From contig OZ038378.1 in the NCBI GenBank assembly GCA_964036045.1, positions 58,032,001 to 58,096,000 on the forward strand: a stretch of 64,000 bases of DNA, given 5' to 3'. Source of the DNA: Eutreptiella sp. 'Long Island Sound 2002'. Lineage: Eukaryota; Protista; Euglenida. The notes under the pieces were generated by a model that was not told where the DNA came from, did no database searches, and worked only from the letters and a program-made list of their open reading frames with translations. This document shows, piece after piece, positions 1 to 10,071 of this stretch (the stretch's first letter is position 1; each line of letters starts with the position of its first letter). The position numbers and the translations under genes are program-made.

Positions 1-80
1 GCGGGCAAAGGCATGCGCCCATGTCACCAGGTGTGAAAAGTGCGCACTACACCCTGCTCTACCCTTTGCTCTAACTAGTT

Positions 81-1474
81 ATGGCGGCATCGGGGGAGTA
101 CACTTGGAGGGAAGTGTGGCACAAGCTGCACAGGGGAGGGGGGGGGGCATTGGGGGGCACGAGGCCCCCCAATCTGTGTGTGATGCAACCCCTTTGTGGG
201 TCCAGTCGTATGCGTCCAAGGGGGGAAGGCGCACAAAGCACACGAAGCGGGGGCTTGAGGTGGTGGTCGTTGAGCTGGATGCCCCCCCCCGGCCCTAAGG
301 GTAAGGTTCCCCCCCCCCCCCAAGCCGTCGACAGTGGCCAAGGTGGCGGCCAAGCCCCCCCGAGGCCCTTGATGTGGGGGCCTTGGCCGCCACTATGGCC
401 CCCACGTGACGGACGCTTGCGAGACTTTGGTCGAGCAAGGAGCTGTCACGGGGGTCGAGGCCCCCCTGGCGAGGGGGAGGGCGGTCGAGCAGAGGTCTGC
501 CTTGTCGCGGGCCGAGAAGGTTCAGGGCAACACTCAGCGTGCCCTGGACCCAGCCCTCAACTTGGCCAACAAGAGGGAGGAGGAGCTGGAGACGGTGAGG
601 GGGGCCCTGAAGGAGCCAGAGGAAGGGAGGCAGAATGCCGAGGTGGAGGCGGCCGAGCTCGGGATGGAGGTGGAGGCGCTGCGGAGGAGGGGGGATGACC
701 TCCAGCAGCGCCTGGGGGTGGCTGAGGCGCACTTGTGCAGCCTCATCTCCACCCTGAGTTCCACCTACATCGCCCAGCAGGTGCTAGGTCCACCAGGGGT
801 GCACAGTGAGGGTCGCGGGAGGAGGAGTGGGAGTCAATGACTAGTGGATTTGCTCAAGGGGTTGCCTAAGTGCAATTTTTGTGGGGAGGAGCGATATGGG
901 GCCCGAGTGGACATGTGCCACTTCGGCCTGATGGGAAGCGGAAACCCCAACCCCTCGAATTTTAGGTCGAGCCACATAGCTGCTGCTACCCTGAGGCCTC
1001 ACATCACCCCCTAGGTTGTGGGGCCGAAAGAGTATTGCACTCGCCATGCTCCACCATGGTTCACATGGTGTAGCATCCAAGTTTGTTCGCCCCCAAGGGA
1101 CGGACACCATGGGCCTTCAAGCCCATTTGCGTGATGGGGCGCCCATGGCGCTGATTGTGTGTGTGGGGTCTTTCAGGGGGGGAGATTTGTGGGTGGAGAG
1201 TGGTGGCCTGTTGAATACCTCCCTCATGGACAAAAAGTGGCACACCCGTGTGTGCAAGGGTAGTGAGGCGGGGCTTGGGCAAGCAAGGCTACGCCAGAAG
1301 CCCCGGTGTTGCTCAACACCCGGGCACTACATGCTCCATTGCCATGGGAGGGTGAGCGATGGAGCGTGGTTTTTTACAGTGCACGTGGGTTGCTGCATTG
1401 CACGCCTATGGGGCGGCAGCAGCTTGTGGACCTGGGCTTCAGGGTGCCCAATGTGCTCTAACCCCTCCAGTTAG
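81..1474 (+). pseudogene. Cassette M1: coiled-coil region followed by a TET/JBP-like 2OG-Fe(II) dioxygenase domain, frameshifted
   Basis: Coiled-coil-like 406-840. Then QAHLRDGAPMALIVCVGSFRGGDLWVESGG (about 1118-1210) and, in another frame, LLNTRALHAPLPWEGERWSVVFYS (1309-1380), giving the distal His and Arg of a DSBH dioxygenase. Confidence 0.65.
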
Positions 1475-1625
1475 TGCGCACTAACCTCTTCTCTAACTAG
1501 TTATCGCGGCGTCATCGCGCTCTAACTCGGTGGTCTAACTAGTTATCGCGTGGATTGTCGCGAGGGTTATCGTGCGACAACCTAGTGTTCGCGGGGTCAT
1601 CGCGTGGGTTATCGCGCGTGTTTCT
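1470..1625. repeat. Family A inter-cassette array (palindrome GTTAGTGCGCACTAAC 1470-1485, then CTAACTAGTTATCGCG units)
   Basis: Read directly. Equivalent arrays at 39-85, 18768-18875, 20733-20915, 47815-47995, 49940-50040, 52190-52325 and 63920-64000. Confidence 0.9.
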
Positions 1626-1680
1626 TGGGCCACTGCGTCCAAACCATCTCTCATTTCCCGCCCGCTACCTCTTATTCTTC

Positions 1681-3353
1681 ATGGATACTGCTGTTAATGA
1701 CGCCTTGAGGGCTCTCAGTTCTGCTAACGTGCGGCGGTACACCGAGTTGCAACGTCCGAAGGCCCGGCGGCGGCGGTTGGAGGCGGTTCAGAGGATTTTT
1801 CGACTTCTCTTGGGGGATCCCAAAATTGAGTGTGGCACCAACACCAAAGGAGAAGTTTGTTTAGGTGGAGGGTCGTGCACTGCCCTGTCTGCCCCACTTG
1901 GTGGCCATCTTGCATTCACGGCTCAGGAACATGAAGCCCTGAGCATGCTACGCATGGCATGCGGCATGCATCTTTCCCAGCGGGCCCTTTTGCAAATGCC
2001 CCGCCGTTGTACCCAACGGGACCTAAGGACCGTTCGGCAACGGATCATGCCCTTCTTTCCCCAACCAACTATTGTAAGGTCCACCACAGGCCGCAACAGG
2101 GCGGCTGCCCATGTGCCTTTGCAGTCAAATGTGCATAATGCATTATCTATGGCCCGAGTTATTGGGAACCCCCCCCCTAGTGGCGCTGCCATTGTTGTCA
2201 TTTGGGTTAATGCGACTTCCTTGTGGAAGGCATCCTCTACCCGTGTGGATGTATGGGTCAATGTATGGGGGGCGGGGGGGGGGGGCAAATTATGCTTCGA
2301 AGGTGAAGTTATGGGCCACATGGTTTTGCATGGATGGCGGGGATGAACAGGCTTTTTTGAGAAGCCCCGACATCTCCGCCAACCCCAATCAAGAGGTCAC
2401 GGAGGTGGAGGAGGACATTGTCCTCTTTCAAAACCAATTTTTGACTTGCACTGTTATTTTGACGGGGGATGGGAAAGGGATGCAAGCAATGGGGGGGGCT
2501 GGGTCTAAGTGTTGGTTGTGCAAAGACCCCAATGGTATTGTTGAGCAACGGGGGGTGGAGTCCACCTCCAGATGGGGGGCATTTTTGAGATGTATGAACC
2601 CTGACAGACGGCCGGGGAACTACCAACATGCAGCATGCCGCATTTTAAATGGCATTGCACAGCGCATTGAGACCACCCTTCAGGCCCTCCCCCCTGGTAC
2701 CCCTGGTAAGGCCCAAGCTCTTGCAGCTTTGCAGGTCTTCAAACAAGCCCTGAAGGATGAGACCTCAGGCATTCCTGTGAGGGAACGTCTCTTCTCTGCC
2801 TCAAGGGCCCAGGAAAAAGATTTTGATATTACGAGCACCAAAGTCTTCCTTAGCCCCCCCCCCCCCTTCCGGAGGCAATTTGTGGATCGCCTCAAAGATG
2901 TGTTCCCCTAGCGAGGAGCCCCGGTGGACCTCCATTGTGCGTTGTTGTGCATGTCATGGTAAAATGCATTGAGGGTTTGTATGAGCTTTGGAAGGTGAGG
3001 GAGATGTACACTCTAAACCAAGTGGAGTGCCACCGTGCGTTGCCCACAAAGTTTTCAAAAGCTTGGGGAGACTCAGGTCGGGCCCCCCACCACGTGGATC
3101 CATTGGAGCTTGGCACATTCCACTTTTTTTGCCTGAGAAACGGAGGAAGATTTTTCAGTTTTCCTCCATCCCAACGGACCATCGGCATGGGCCTTACAAG
3201 AGGAGGCCAAAAAATTGCTTCAAGGGTTGGTCCTTGGTGAGGCCAACTATGTCCCTCCGTCACATGCACCATTGCATGTCCATGAACGCCCCGGAGCAAG
3301 GGCTTTTGGGACCATACGCAGCCAAGGCCTCGGACATTGAGGAGTTTGTGTGA
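1681..3353 (+). pseudogene. Cassette M2: RAG1/Transib/CMC-like DDE transposase (family A), frameshifted
   Basis: Reading across frames: IWVNATSLW (VDAT in copy 2), LTGDGKGMQAMGGAGSKCWLC (about 2459-2521), GNYQHAACR, then W(I)HWxLAH...SSIPTDHRHGPYK. Confidence 0.75.
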
Positions 3354-3423
3354 AGAAAGACCAAAAATCCTTTGTGCCAAGCGTTTTGCCTTGTTTGTCG
3401 TAGTGAAGGATGGAGGAGGGGTG

Positions 3424-3570
3424 CGCGATAACCGCCCGCGATAACTGCGCGATAACTGAGCTATCGCGTGATAACTAGTGCTCTAACTGGTTAGAGCAAG
3501 GTGCTCTAACTAGTTAGAGCAAGGTGCTCTAACTGCGTTTCAACTCTGTTCTAACTCTGCTCTAACTCTT
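3424..3570. repeat. Family A right-end array: CGCGATAAC units plus 23-bp tandem GTGCTCTAACTAGTTAGAGCAAG containing a 20-bp palindrome (3502-3521)
   Basis: Read directly. Motifs are in inverted orientation relative to the left arrays. Equivalents at 22705-22805, 45915-46020 and 62035-62140. Confidence 0.9.
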
Positions 3571-3765
3571 TGACCCCCCCCCCCCAAAAAAAACCACCCC
3601 TACGACGAGGGTTTATGGGGAAAGAAAGCGGATGGGGGTTTTTGAGGGTGCCGAATGCATTTTTTTTAGGTGGTTTGCCCCAAAATTGAGGCTCGGTGGG
3701 TGTTCCGGAAATTGTGCTCTAACTAGGGGTTCTGCACCACGCCCTAGAAGGCTGCATCCCATTCA

Positions 3766-3890
3766 CAGTTCCAGCAAGGGTTCTAGCAGGGGTTCCAGCG
3801 CAAAAAGGGGGTTACAGCAAGGTTCCACCAGAGGGTTCCAACGCACAAAGGGTTCCCAGCAAGGGGTTCCAGCAGGGATTCCAGCACCCT
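3766..3890. repeat. GGGGTTCCAGC array preceding cassette C
   Basis: Multiple GTTC(C/T)AGC units. Related arrays at 6035-6250, 9860-10025, 30015-30125, 32265-32470 and 34215-34410. Confidence 0.9.
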
Positions 3891-3919
3891 TGTTTCACCT
3901 TTGTTCCCTTGCATTTCAG
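3886..3919 (+). promoter_or_regulatory. Polypyrimidine tract plus AG (candidate splice/trans-splice acceptor) upstream of cassette C
   Basis: CCCTTGTTTCACCTTTGTTCCCTTGCATTTCAG, AG at 3918-3919, ATG at 3958. Conserved in copy 2 (about 30125-30155). Confidence 0.55.
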
Positions 3920-3957
3920 GCCAGATGTTTCTGTTGGCCCCCTTGGTCGGCTGGGCC

Positions 3958-5973
3958 ATGGCTACCCGGGTTGCCGTGGGCACTCGGGGCTATGCGGGCC
4001 CTGATGGGCTGGGCTGCACCAACCTCGCTGCCCACCCTGACACCAAGGTGGCGATCCCCCTAGAGACCACCATTGCCCGCATCCGCCTCACCCGCCCCAT
4101 CCTCGCCGCCGACAAGCAGGCCTGCGCCCTCACCGACACGCTGCATGGAGTCCTGGAGGACAACCCCGATGTGCCGATCGTGCAGGTCTGGCTGCATGCC
4201 GACGACGTGGAGGATGTCATCCAAGCCTGCACCAGGCTGGCGAACCTCACCGTCAACAAGACGCAACGGCGTGATGTGGGGATCGAGGTCACCTTGCTCC
4301 TCTTCGCCGCCCACAAGCCCACCACCAAAAAGGCGGGGAAGGACAAGTACCCCTTCAAGCACCCCCACCTCGACACCCTCTGTACGTGGTGGACAGCAAG
4401 CCCGCCATGTCCGTGCCCAACTACTCCCTCACTAGCCGCTCCCCCTATGGTTGGAAGCCGGAGCTCGTGGGGTTGATTACGCCGGTGCTGATGGAGAGCG
4501 AGGACGCAGTCTTGCCCCTCCCCATGTGCCACACCTTGCCGCTCATTGGGACAAGCGAACTGCCCAAGCAGCTGGACATCTTCCGGGAACTGAACGAGGA
4601 ACTCTCGGAGTTGGGTCAGACGGAGCACGTGTTCAAGGAGGAGTTGCTGGCGAAGGATGGCGACATGTTGGCGAACATGCAGATCGAGGCGGACAACGTG
4701 GGCCAGAGGTGGGGCTGCATCTTCAACGTGGCATGGCCAAGCCCAAACCGGCCACCCGATCCAGGCGACAAGGCTGCGGTGTACGCGACGATTATGACCG
4801 GCAATGGGGGCCAAGAAGGTCTTCAGCTCTTCCTCACGTTGCACTTTGGGTGCAAACAGTTCTGCAAGGCCTCTCTACGAAGTACCCGGGTGTGTTCTTC
4901 GTGAAGGTTGGGTACGTGCGGGCAACGTCGGATCGGCAACAACTATGGCATCGGGATATGCCGCTAGAATTGCAAAATGTTGGGGTGGAGCACGCCTTCT
5001 CCTGCTGCATGTCTCCCAGTCTGGACTGCTCCATGGACGGCCGCGAGAACATGTACGTGTACGGTTGTGGCTGTGGTGTTCCCTACCTGTGGCAGGAGGT
5101 CTCGATGAGTATGCTGGCGGGCGACCTGTGGATCCTCAGCAGTTACGTCATTCACCGTGGTGGGGCTGTTCTGAGAGATGCGCCGCCTGGATCAACCCGT
5201 ATCATCGCCTTTGCCGCCATTGCCACACGCCGCCTCGAGTACGAGACCACAGTGTCAATCATCCCGCCACCCTAGGCTACAGCCCCTGCGCAACAACCGT
5301 CGTCACCGTGCCCGAAGGCCCTGCACTGTACGGCAGCACAGCGCAACCGCGTGGTGAAGGCGGACGCGCCAGCGAAGTGTTTCGCCTGTGCCCATGCCTG
5401 TACATGTGGGGCAACTCTGCGGAAACTGTCAGCGGGATTACGGGGAGGATGCGCGTGCTGTGGAGGCCGCGTCTGCTGTGGAGGCCGTGCCTGCGGTGAT
5501 GGCAGCCGATGACGCAGAGGAAGTCGATGAGGGGACGCCGAAGATTGTGGAGGAGGACTTGTGCGGGTTTGCGGCTCTAGTGATGATGCTCCTGGACCAG
5601 ACAATGTTGTACACCTCCCATCGCGTAGGGCCACTTGCGGGTGATCGAGGTGTCTACCGAACCTTGCGCCCCCGAAGATTGTCTTCTGGGCCCATTTGTC
5701 CATGAGGAGGCAGAGTTGGAGGCCCCGACCCCAAGCAAGTTTCCTGTCATTGCCACGCAGCCGGGCAGCCTCATGGTGGTGCACGGAGGCCAGGTGGGTG
5801 GGATGGCAGTGGTGGAGGACACCCTGGATCGTCCGGTAGCCCAAGTACTTCGATGGGATGTGGCAGGCACCCACCCGCGGGTTGTTGACACGTTTGTCCT
5901 GGTCCAATCGGGGCTTCTGGTGGCCAACCCTGAGCGCCCGGAGGAGTACTGGTGCCCTTGCCAACAGGTATGA
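3958..5973 (+). pseudogene. Cassette C: about 670-aa protein with a PhyH-like 2OG-Fe(II) dioxygenase domain and a Cys-rich region, frameshifted
   Basis: QQLWHRD (4940-4957), MLAGDLWILSSYVIHRGGA (His 5153-5155), STRIIAF, giving the HxD...H...R pattern. Cys-rich stretch at about 5325-5425. Confidence 0.7.
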
Positions 5974-6289
5974 GCCTGCATTCCGGTGGGGCTAAAGCTT
6001 TGGGCAAAACGGGCGTTTGGAGGGGGGGGGGGGTGCTGGAAGGTTGCCGGAAGGGGTGCTGGAAGGGGTTCCAACGTTGGAACGGTCTGCTGGAAGGGCG
6101 TTAGAAAGGTGTTGGAAGGGGTTCCAGCGCTGGAAGGGTCCGCTGGCAGGGTTTCCAGTGTTAGAAGGAGGGCTCCAGCAGGGTTTCAGCCAGGGGTTCC
6201 AGCGAAGAAAGGGGTTCCAGCACGGGTTCCAGCAGGGGTTCCAGCAGCTATTGTATCACCCGTTTCACCTGCATTCCATCCTCTTTTAG

Positions 6290-6990
6290 GCCACTGTGGA
6301 TGTCTGACCGCGACTGGTATAGCGGGACGAGTCGATGGCTGAGTCACAGGCTTTGCATGGGTGAACGAGAGCAAGGAGAGTTACGTTGGTGGATGAGGGC
6401 ACACAAGGGGCGCTGCGATTGACGTGGAAGGAGACGACAATGCAGAGGACAAGGAGCAGCCGAAGGACAAAGATAAAGACAAGGGCAAGGCCAAAGCCAA
6501 GGACGAGCCAAAGGAGAAAGGCAAGGACAAAGGCCTGTGCAAGGACAAGAACAAGGACAAGGACAAGGACAAGACAACCCGGGCATCTCAGTCATTGCAG
6601 TCCCAATCGCAGACTTCCGAGCAGTCCCACCAAATGGTTGACGCTCGGGCTAAGGCTAACGAAGTGGTACATCGGTGCAAGGATTCCATGACGCAGCAGA
6701 TGAGTGTGACCCTGACAGATCGCGTTCCTTCGGCAGTGGCAACGGCGATGTCTGACCCCTCCAAGAGTAAGGCAGAGACACTGATTGGCCGGCTAACCAA
6801 GCAGCTTGAGACGGAGCGCACGCGACGGCCGAGGCCCAGTTAGTCAATGAGCGGAAACGGGTCAGGGAGTTGGAGCTGGAGAATGAGAGCATGAAAAAGC
6901 AGCTGGTGGAGAGCAACACCAAGACCGCTGAAGCAAAGCAACAGGCAGAGCACCTGTCGGCGGTGATGCCCGGCAATTACAAGAAAGCAT
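6290..6990 (+). pseudogene. Cassette D: KD-rich low-complexity plus coiled-coil protein, N-terminally deleted relative to copy 2
   Basis: ORF 6424-6843 (KDKDK repeats) continues after a frameshift into ERKRVRELELENESMKKQL. Homologous to 32.9-33.6 kb. Confidence 0.55.
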
Positions 6991-7009
6991 AGACAGTTGA
7001 GAAGCGACC

Positions 7010-7170
7010 TTTTGGGACCCAGAGATGAAAGCCGTCGGCACCTGATGATGACACCTGTCGGGACGTGGTGATTAGACTGTTGGGACTGGGAGCGGAGACC
7101 TGTTGGGACCTGGAGAGGAGACCCGTTGGGACCCGGAGAGCAGACCTGTCGGAACCTGAGATAGCACCTG
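7010..7170. repeat. About 20-bp degenerate tandem repeat (GAGA..ACCTGT(C/T)GGGAC)
   Basis: About 7-8 units downstream of the cassette D stop. Also present at 33630-33730. Confidence 0.75.
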
Positions 7171-8488
7171 GGAGCTGAGGGACGCACATGTTCATGTACG
7201 TGGCACATGTATCCTACGGGCACAGCATAGAATGCTCAGAACCGGGGCATGTTTGTGAGCGTTGCGTGGCACGTGCCCTCCGATCTTTACAGGGTAATTG
7301 TCAGCGCTGCTGGGAATATTCCTCCCAAAAACGCTTCCGATATTTTTCTATCCCTAGGGATTTCGGAAGCCAGGCTGCCAAAATTGGTCGGTGTGATGGC
7401 TCCCCACGTCGGAAGCAATGCTTCCGACCATCGGTCGGAGTTTACCCAAGCACAGACTAGGAGCATTGCTTCCAAAATGCTCTGGCACATTGCTTGGACT
7501 GGTCAGGAGCTTTGCATCCACAATTGCTTGCTAAATCCCAAGGAAATTCCAAGGGTATTGTAAAAAAGTCACCATCCGACCAACTATACACGTTGATCAT
7601 TTCCCCCCAAAGGACCCTGGTTTGACTGTTTGACTAGTTGGCTGATCTTGCTGGCACATAGGGCCTTGAGACGATGACTGTGATGGACCATGATTGCTTT
7701 TTTGCCGACCGGCATACCCGGTTTTCGAAACTGATTGCGCTACCACTGTTCACACATGAGTGTTTCCCTCTCTTGCCTGGGCCAAAAAGCTGCTCATGTA
7801 CACACGATTGACGACCACCCCCTTCCCCAACCATTGAAGTGGCAGCGCTTAAAGTAGGGTATTTTTGTTGTTTTGGCAGGTCACCGCCCCACCCGGCCCC
7901 CCTGAAAAATGGAATCCGTGGAGTTCCGGCGGCGCAACTAACCCCCGGGAAGCCAATGGGGATGAGCGACGCACGGATTCAGGTGGCCTGCCCGGGGCAT
8001 GGACGATAGTCGCTTTTTTTATAAATGAACAAATAGAACAAGAAATTGGTATCACACGGTCTTCTTACTCTTTTGTTGTGTGAGGGATTCCCCTAGACAC
8101 ATGTGCGTGGCGTGGGCCTGCCTGAACGTCCTACACGTGAGTGCATTTGAATTGGTCGCCAGCCAGCTGCTCTGCCTCAACACTGCTGCAGCGCGATGAT
8201 GTGGGCGCCGGCCCCGCGAATGTATGGTGACCTGCTAGTTCTTACGAACCACGTCCGTGTCGTGGATAAGGCAGTCACTATATATTCGCCGGGTCTGCTT
8301 GCAGCGACCCTGCCACAGCGAGGTGGACCAGAAAGGTTGGGGCCGTCCTGCGTGGCCGTCATAGGCAGCTCGGAAATTTTCCAGCTTTGTGTTTCTAGTT
8401 TGAATGCTTTTTGCTGCCCCAACCCGGGGTCGTCGTACCGGGAAGCCCAGCGAAGTCAAAAATTGGTGTCAGGGACCTTGCTGAGTCC

Positions 8489-8680
8489 CAGGGTCATGTG
8501 CATGGCAAGGGCGTGCCTGAATCGCCCCACACGTGTGTGCATCACTGGAGCCAGGGACATGTGCATGGCCAGGGCTTGCCTCAGTCACCCCACACGTGAG
8601 TGCATCACTGGAGCTAGGGACATGTGCATGGCTAGGGCCTGTCTAAATCGCCCCACACGTGCGTGCATCACTAGAGCCAG
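8489..8680. repeat. 63-bp tandem repeat x3
   Basis: Units start at 8489, 8552 and 8615 (AGGGACATGTGCATGG...CACACGTG.GTGCATCACTGGAGC). A degenerate fourth copy lies near 8090-8150. Confidence 0.9.
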
Positions 8681-9240
8681 GACAGGGGCTGGATACTCTG
8701 TGGTCACTTTGATGTGGGCAAACCCCCCATGTACGAGGCCCGCGGTCCCCTGTGGGTGGCGGTCCAGCTGCAGCCTCGACCGTCACCTGCCCTTGCCCCC
8801 CCCCAGAAGAAGCAGCGGAGTGTGCTGTCGTATTGATCAAAGAGTATTCAATTTTAAACAAGACTTAAACAAGAGGGCAAGGAACAACATTGACTATGAT
8901 GTTCGCGAAGCGGGGCTAACCGGGCTAATCGGGGGTTGGGGGGTGGGGCTGGGGGTGAGGGGGAACCCGGCGCTCTGTGATCGCCCCAGGATCGGGGGCT
9001 TGTGATTGGCCACGCTTGGCCATGGTAGCCGCGGCAGCTTCTCTTTGAGGAGTGGCGAAGCATTGTACATGTCCTCACTATATATGCGTCAAATTGCCCA
9101 AAAATGCCCAAATACGTGTGTGTGGGGGGGGGGTCGATTGTTTCTTCATCCCTGGCGTTTTCGTCAGAAATCGCCCCCAAAAATGCTTCCGATATTTTTT
9201 CATCCCTAGGGATTTCGGAAGGCTTCCTCCCGGCTTCTGC

Positions 9241-9300
9241 CGGGGTTTCGGTCGGGGTTTCGGTCGGGGTTTCGGTCGGGGTTTCGGTTGGGGTTTCGGT
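9241..9300. repeat. 12-bp tandem repeat CGGGGTTTCGGT x5
   Basis: Read directly. Confidence 0.95.
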
Positions 9301-10044
9301 CGGAAAAGCGGTGCCGATATTTTCGCATCACTAGGGATTCCAGGAGCGATTGCCTGGCATGTCGGCTGGAAAATTTACAGGTCGATCGTCAGCAACGCTG
9401 GGAATCATGCCAAGATTTTCGGTCCCAAAACAAAAATTCTACGCTTTGCGCTTGAGCGACATGTGGTGCGGTGCCATTGTGCCGACGGTAGTGCACCACG
9501 TTGAACGGAAACCTTCTTTAGTTTTAGCCCCTAGGTTGCGCGTTACCTCGCGTAGGACATTGGTTGCGCTGTGCACGATGTCCCCCACGTGGTGTAACGA
9601 GTGGGAGGCTTCACATAGCCCACCCCTTGGGGATGTCACCAAGATTTACGCCCTATATGCATGCATTCATTGAAAATTTTGGTATATTATTGTAGTCTCT
9701 TTGATTTTGGACTGAAGTGAAGGGGTGGTGCTATGGGGTGCAACACATGAATACGCTGTGCGACATTGCAAAGTGTTGACCTTGACGCTGCACTGTGCCT
9801 GTGCTTGTACCTTGGGGGTGGCCTCAATGAGAGGGCAAGGAAAAACAAAGGGGGGGTGTCAGTGCTAGGAGGGGGTGCTAGAAGTGGTGCTGGAAGGGGT
9901 TCCAGCGCTTGAAAGGTCCGCGAGAAGGGTCCGCTGGAAGGGGGTTCTAGCGCTGGAAGGTGCTACAACAAGGGTTCCAGCAAAGGGTTCCAGCGCAGAA
10001 AGGGGTTCCAGCAAGGGGTTCCTGCATGGGTTTGAGGGGTCACA

Positions 10045-10071
10045 CCTTTCCCGTTTGTCGCAGACACCATG
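10045..10071 (+). promoter_or_regulatory. Polypyrimidine tract plus CAG immediately before the transposase B ATG
   Basis: CCTTTCCCGTTTGTCGCAGACACCATG (AG 10062-10063, ATG 10069). Copy 2 has GTCCCGTTTGTCACAGAAACCATG (AG 34435-34436, ATG 34442). Confidence 0.6.

Larger units (their letters stand above)
1..3760 (+). mobile_element. Family A cassette-type DNA element, copy 1 (tail of cassette M0, cassette M1, transposase cassette M2, right end)
   Basis: Colinear homology with 18.8-23.0 kb (+), 45.7-52.3 kb (-) and 61.8-64 kb (-). Bases 1-50 match the reverse complement of about 50035-50090 (end of M0). Shared right-end sequence runs to CATCCCAT at about 3760. Confidence 0.85.

Noticed and set aside
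2270-2290. Programmed frameshifting at poly-G/C/T runs
   Set aside because: Run lengths vary between copies and accompany ordinary stops. Decay or sequencing homopolymer error is the simpler explanation.
3700-3770. RSS/Transib-type CAC(AGTG) terminal inverted repeats and TSDs for families A and B
   Set aside because: The conserved right end of A finishes at about CATCCCAT. I found no matching inverted terminus or target duplication by eye.
3990-4844. Long minus-strand ORFs such as 3990-4844, 24665-25486, 25923-26972 and 5272-5964
   Set aside because: These are GC-rich shadow ORFs opposite motif-bearing frames and have no recognisable domains.
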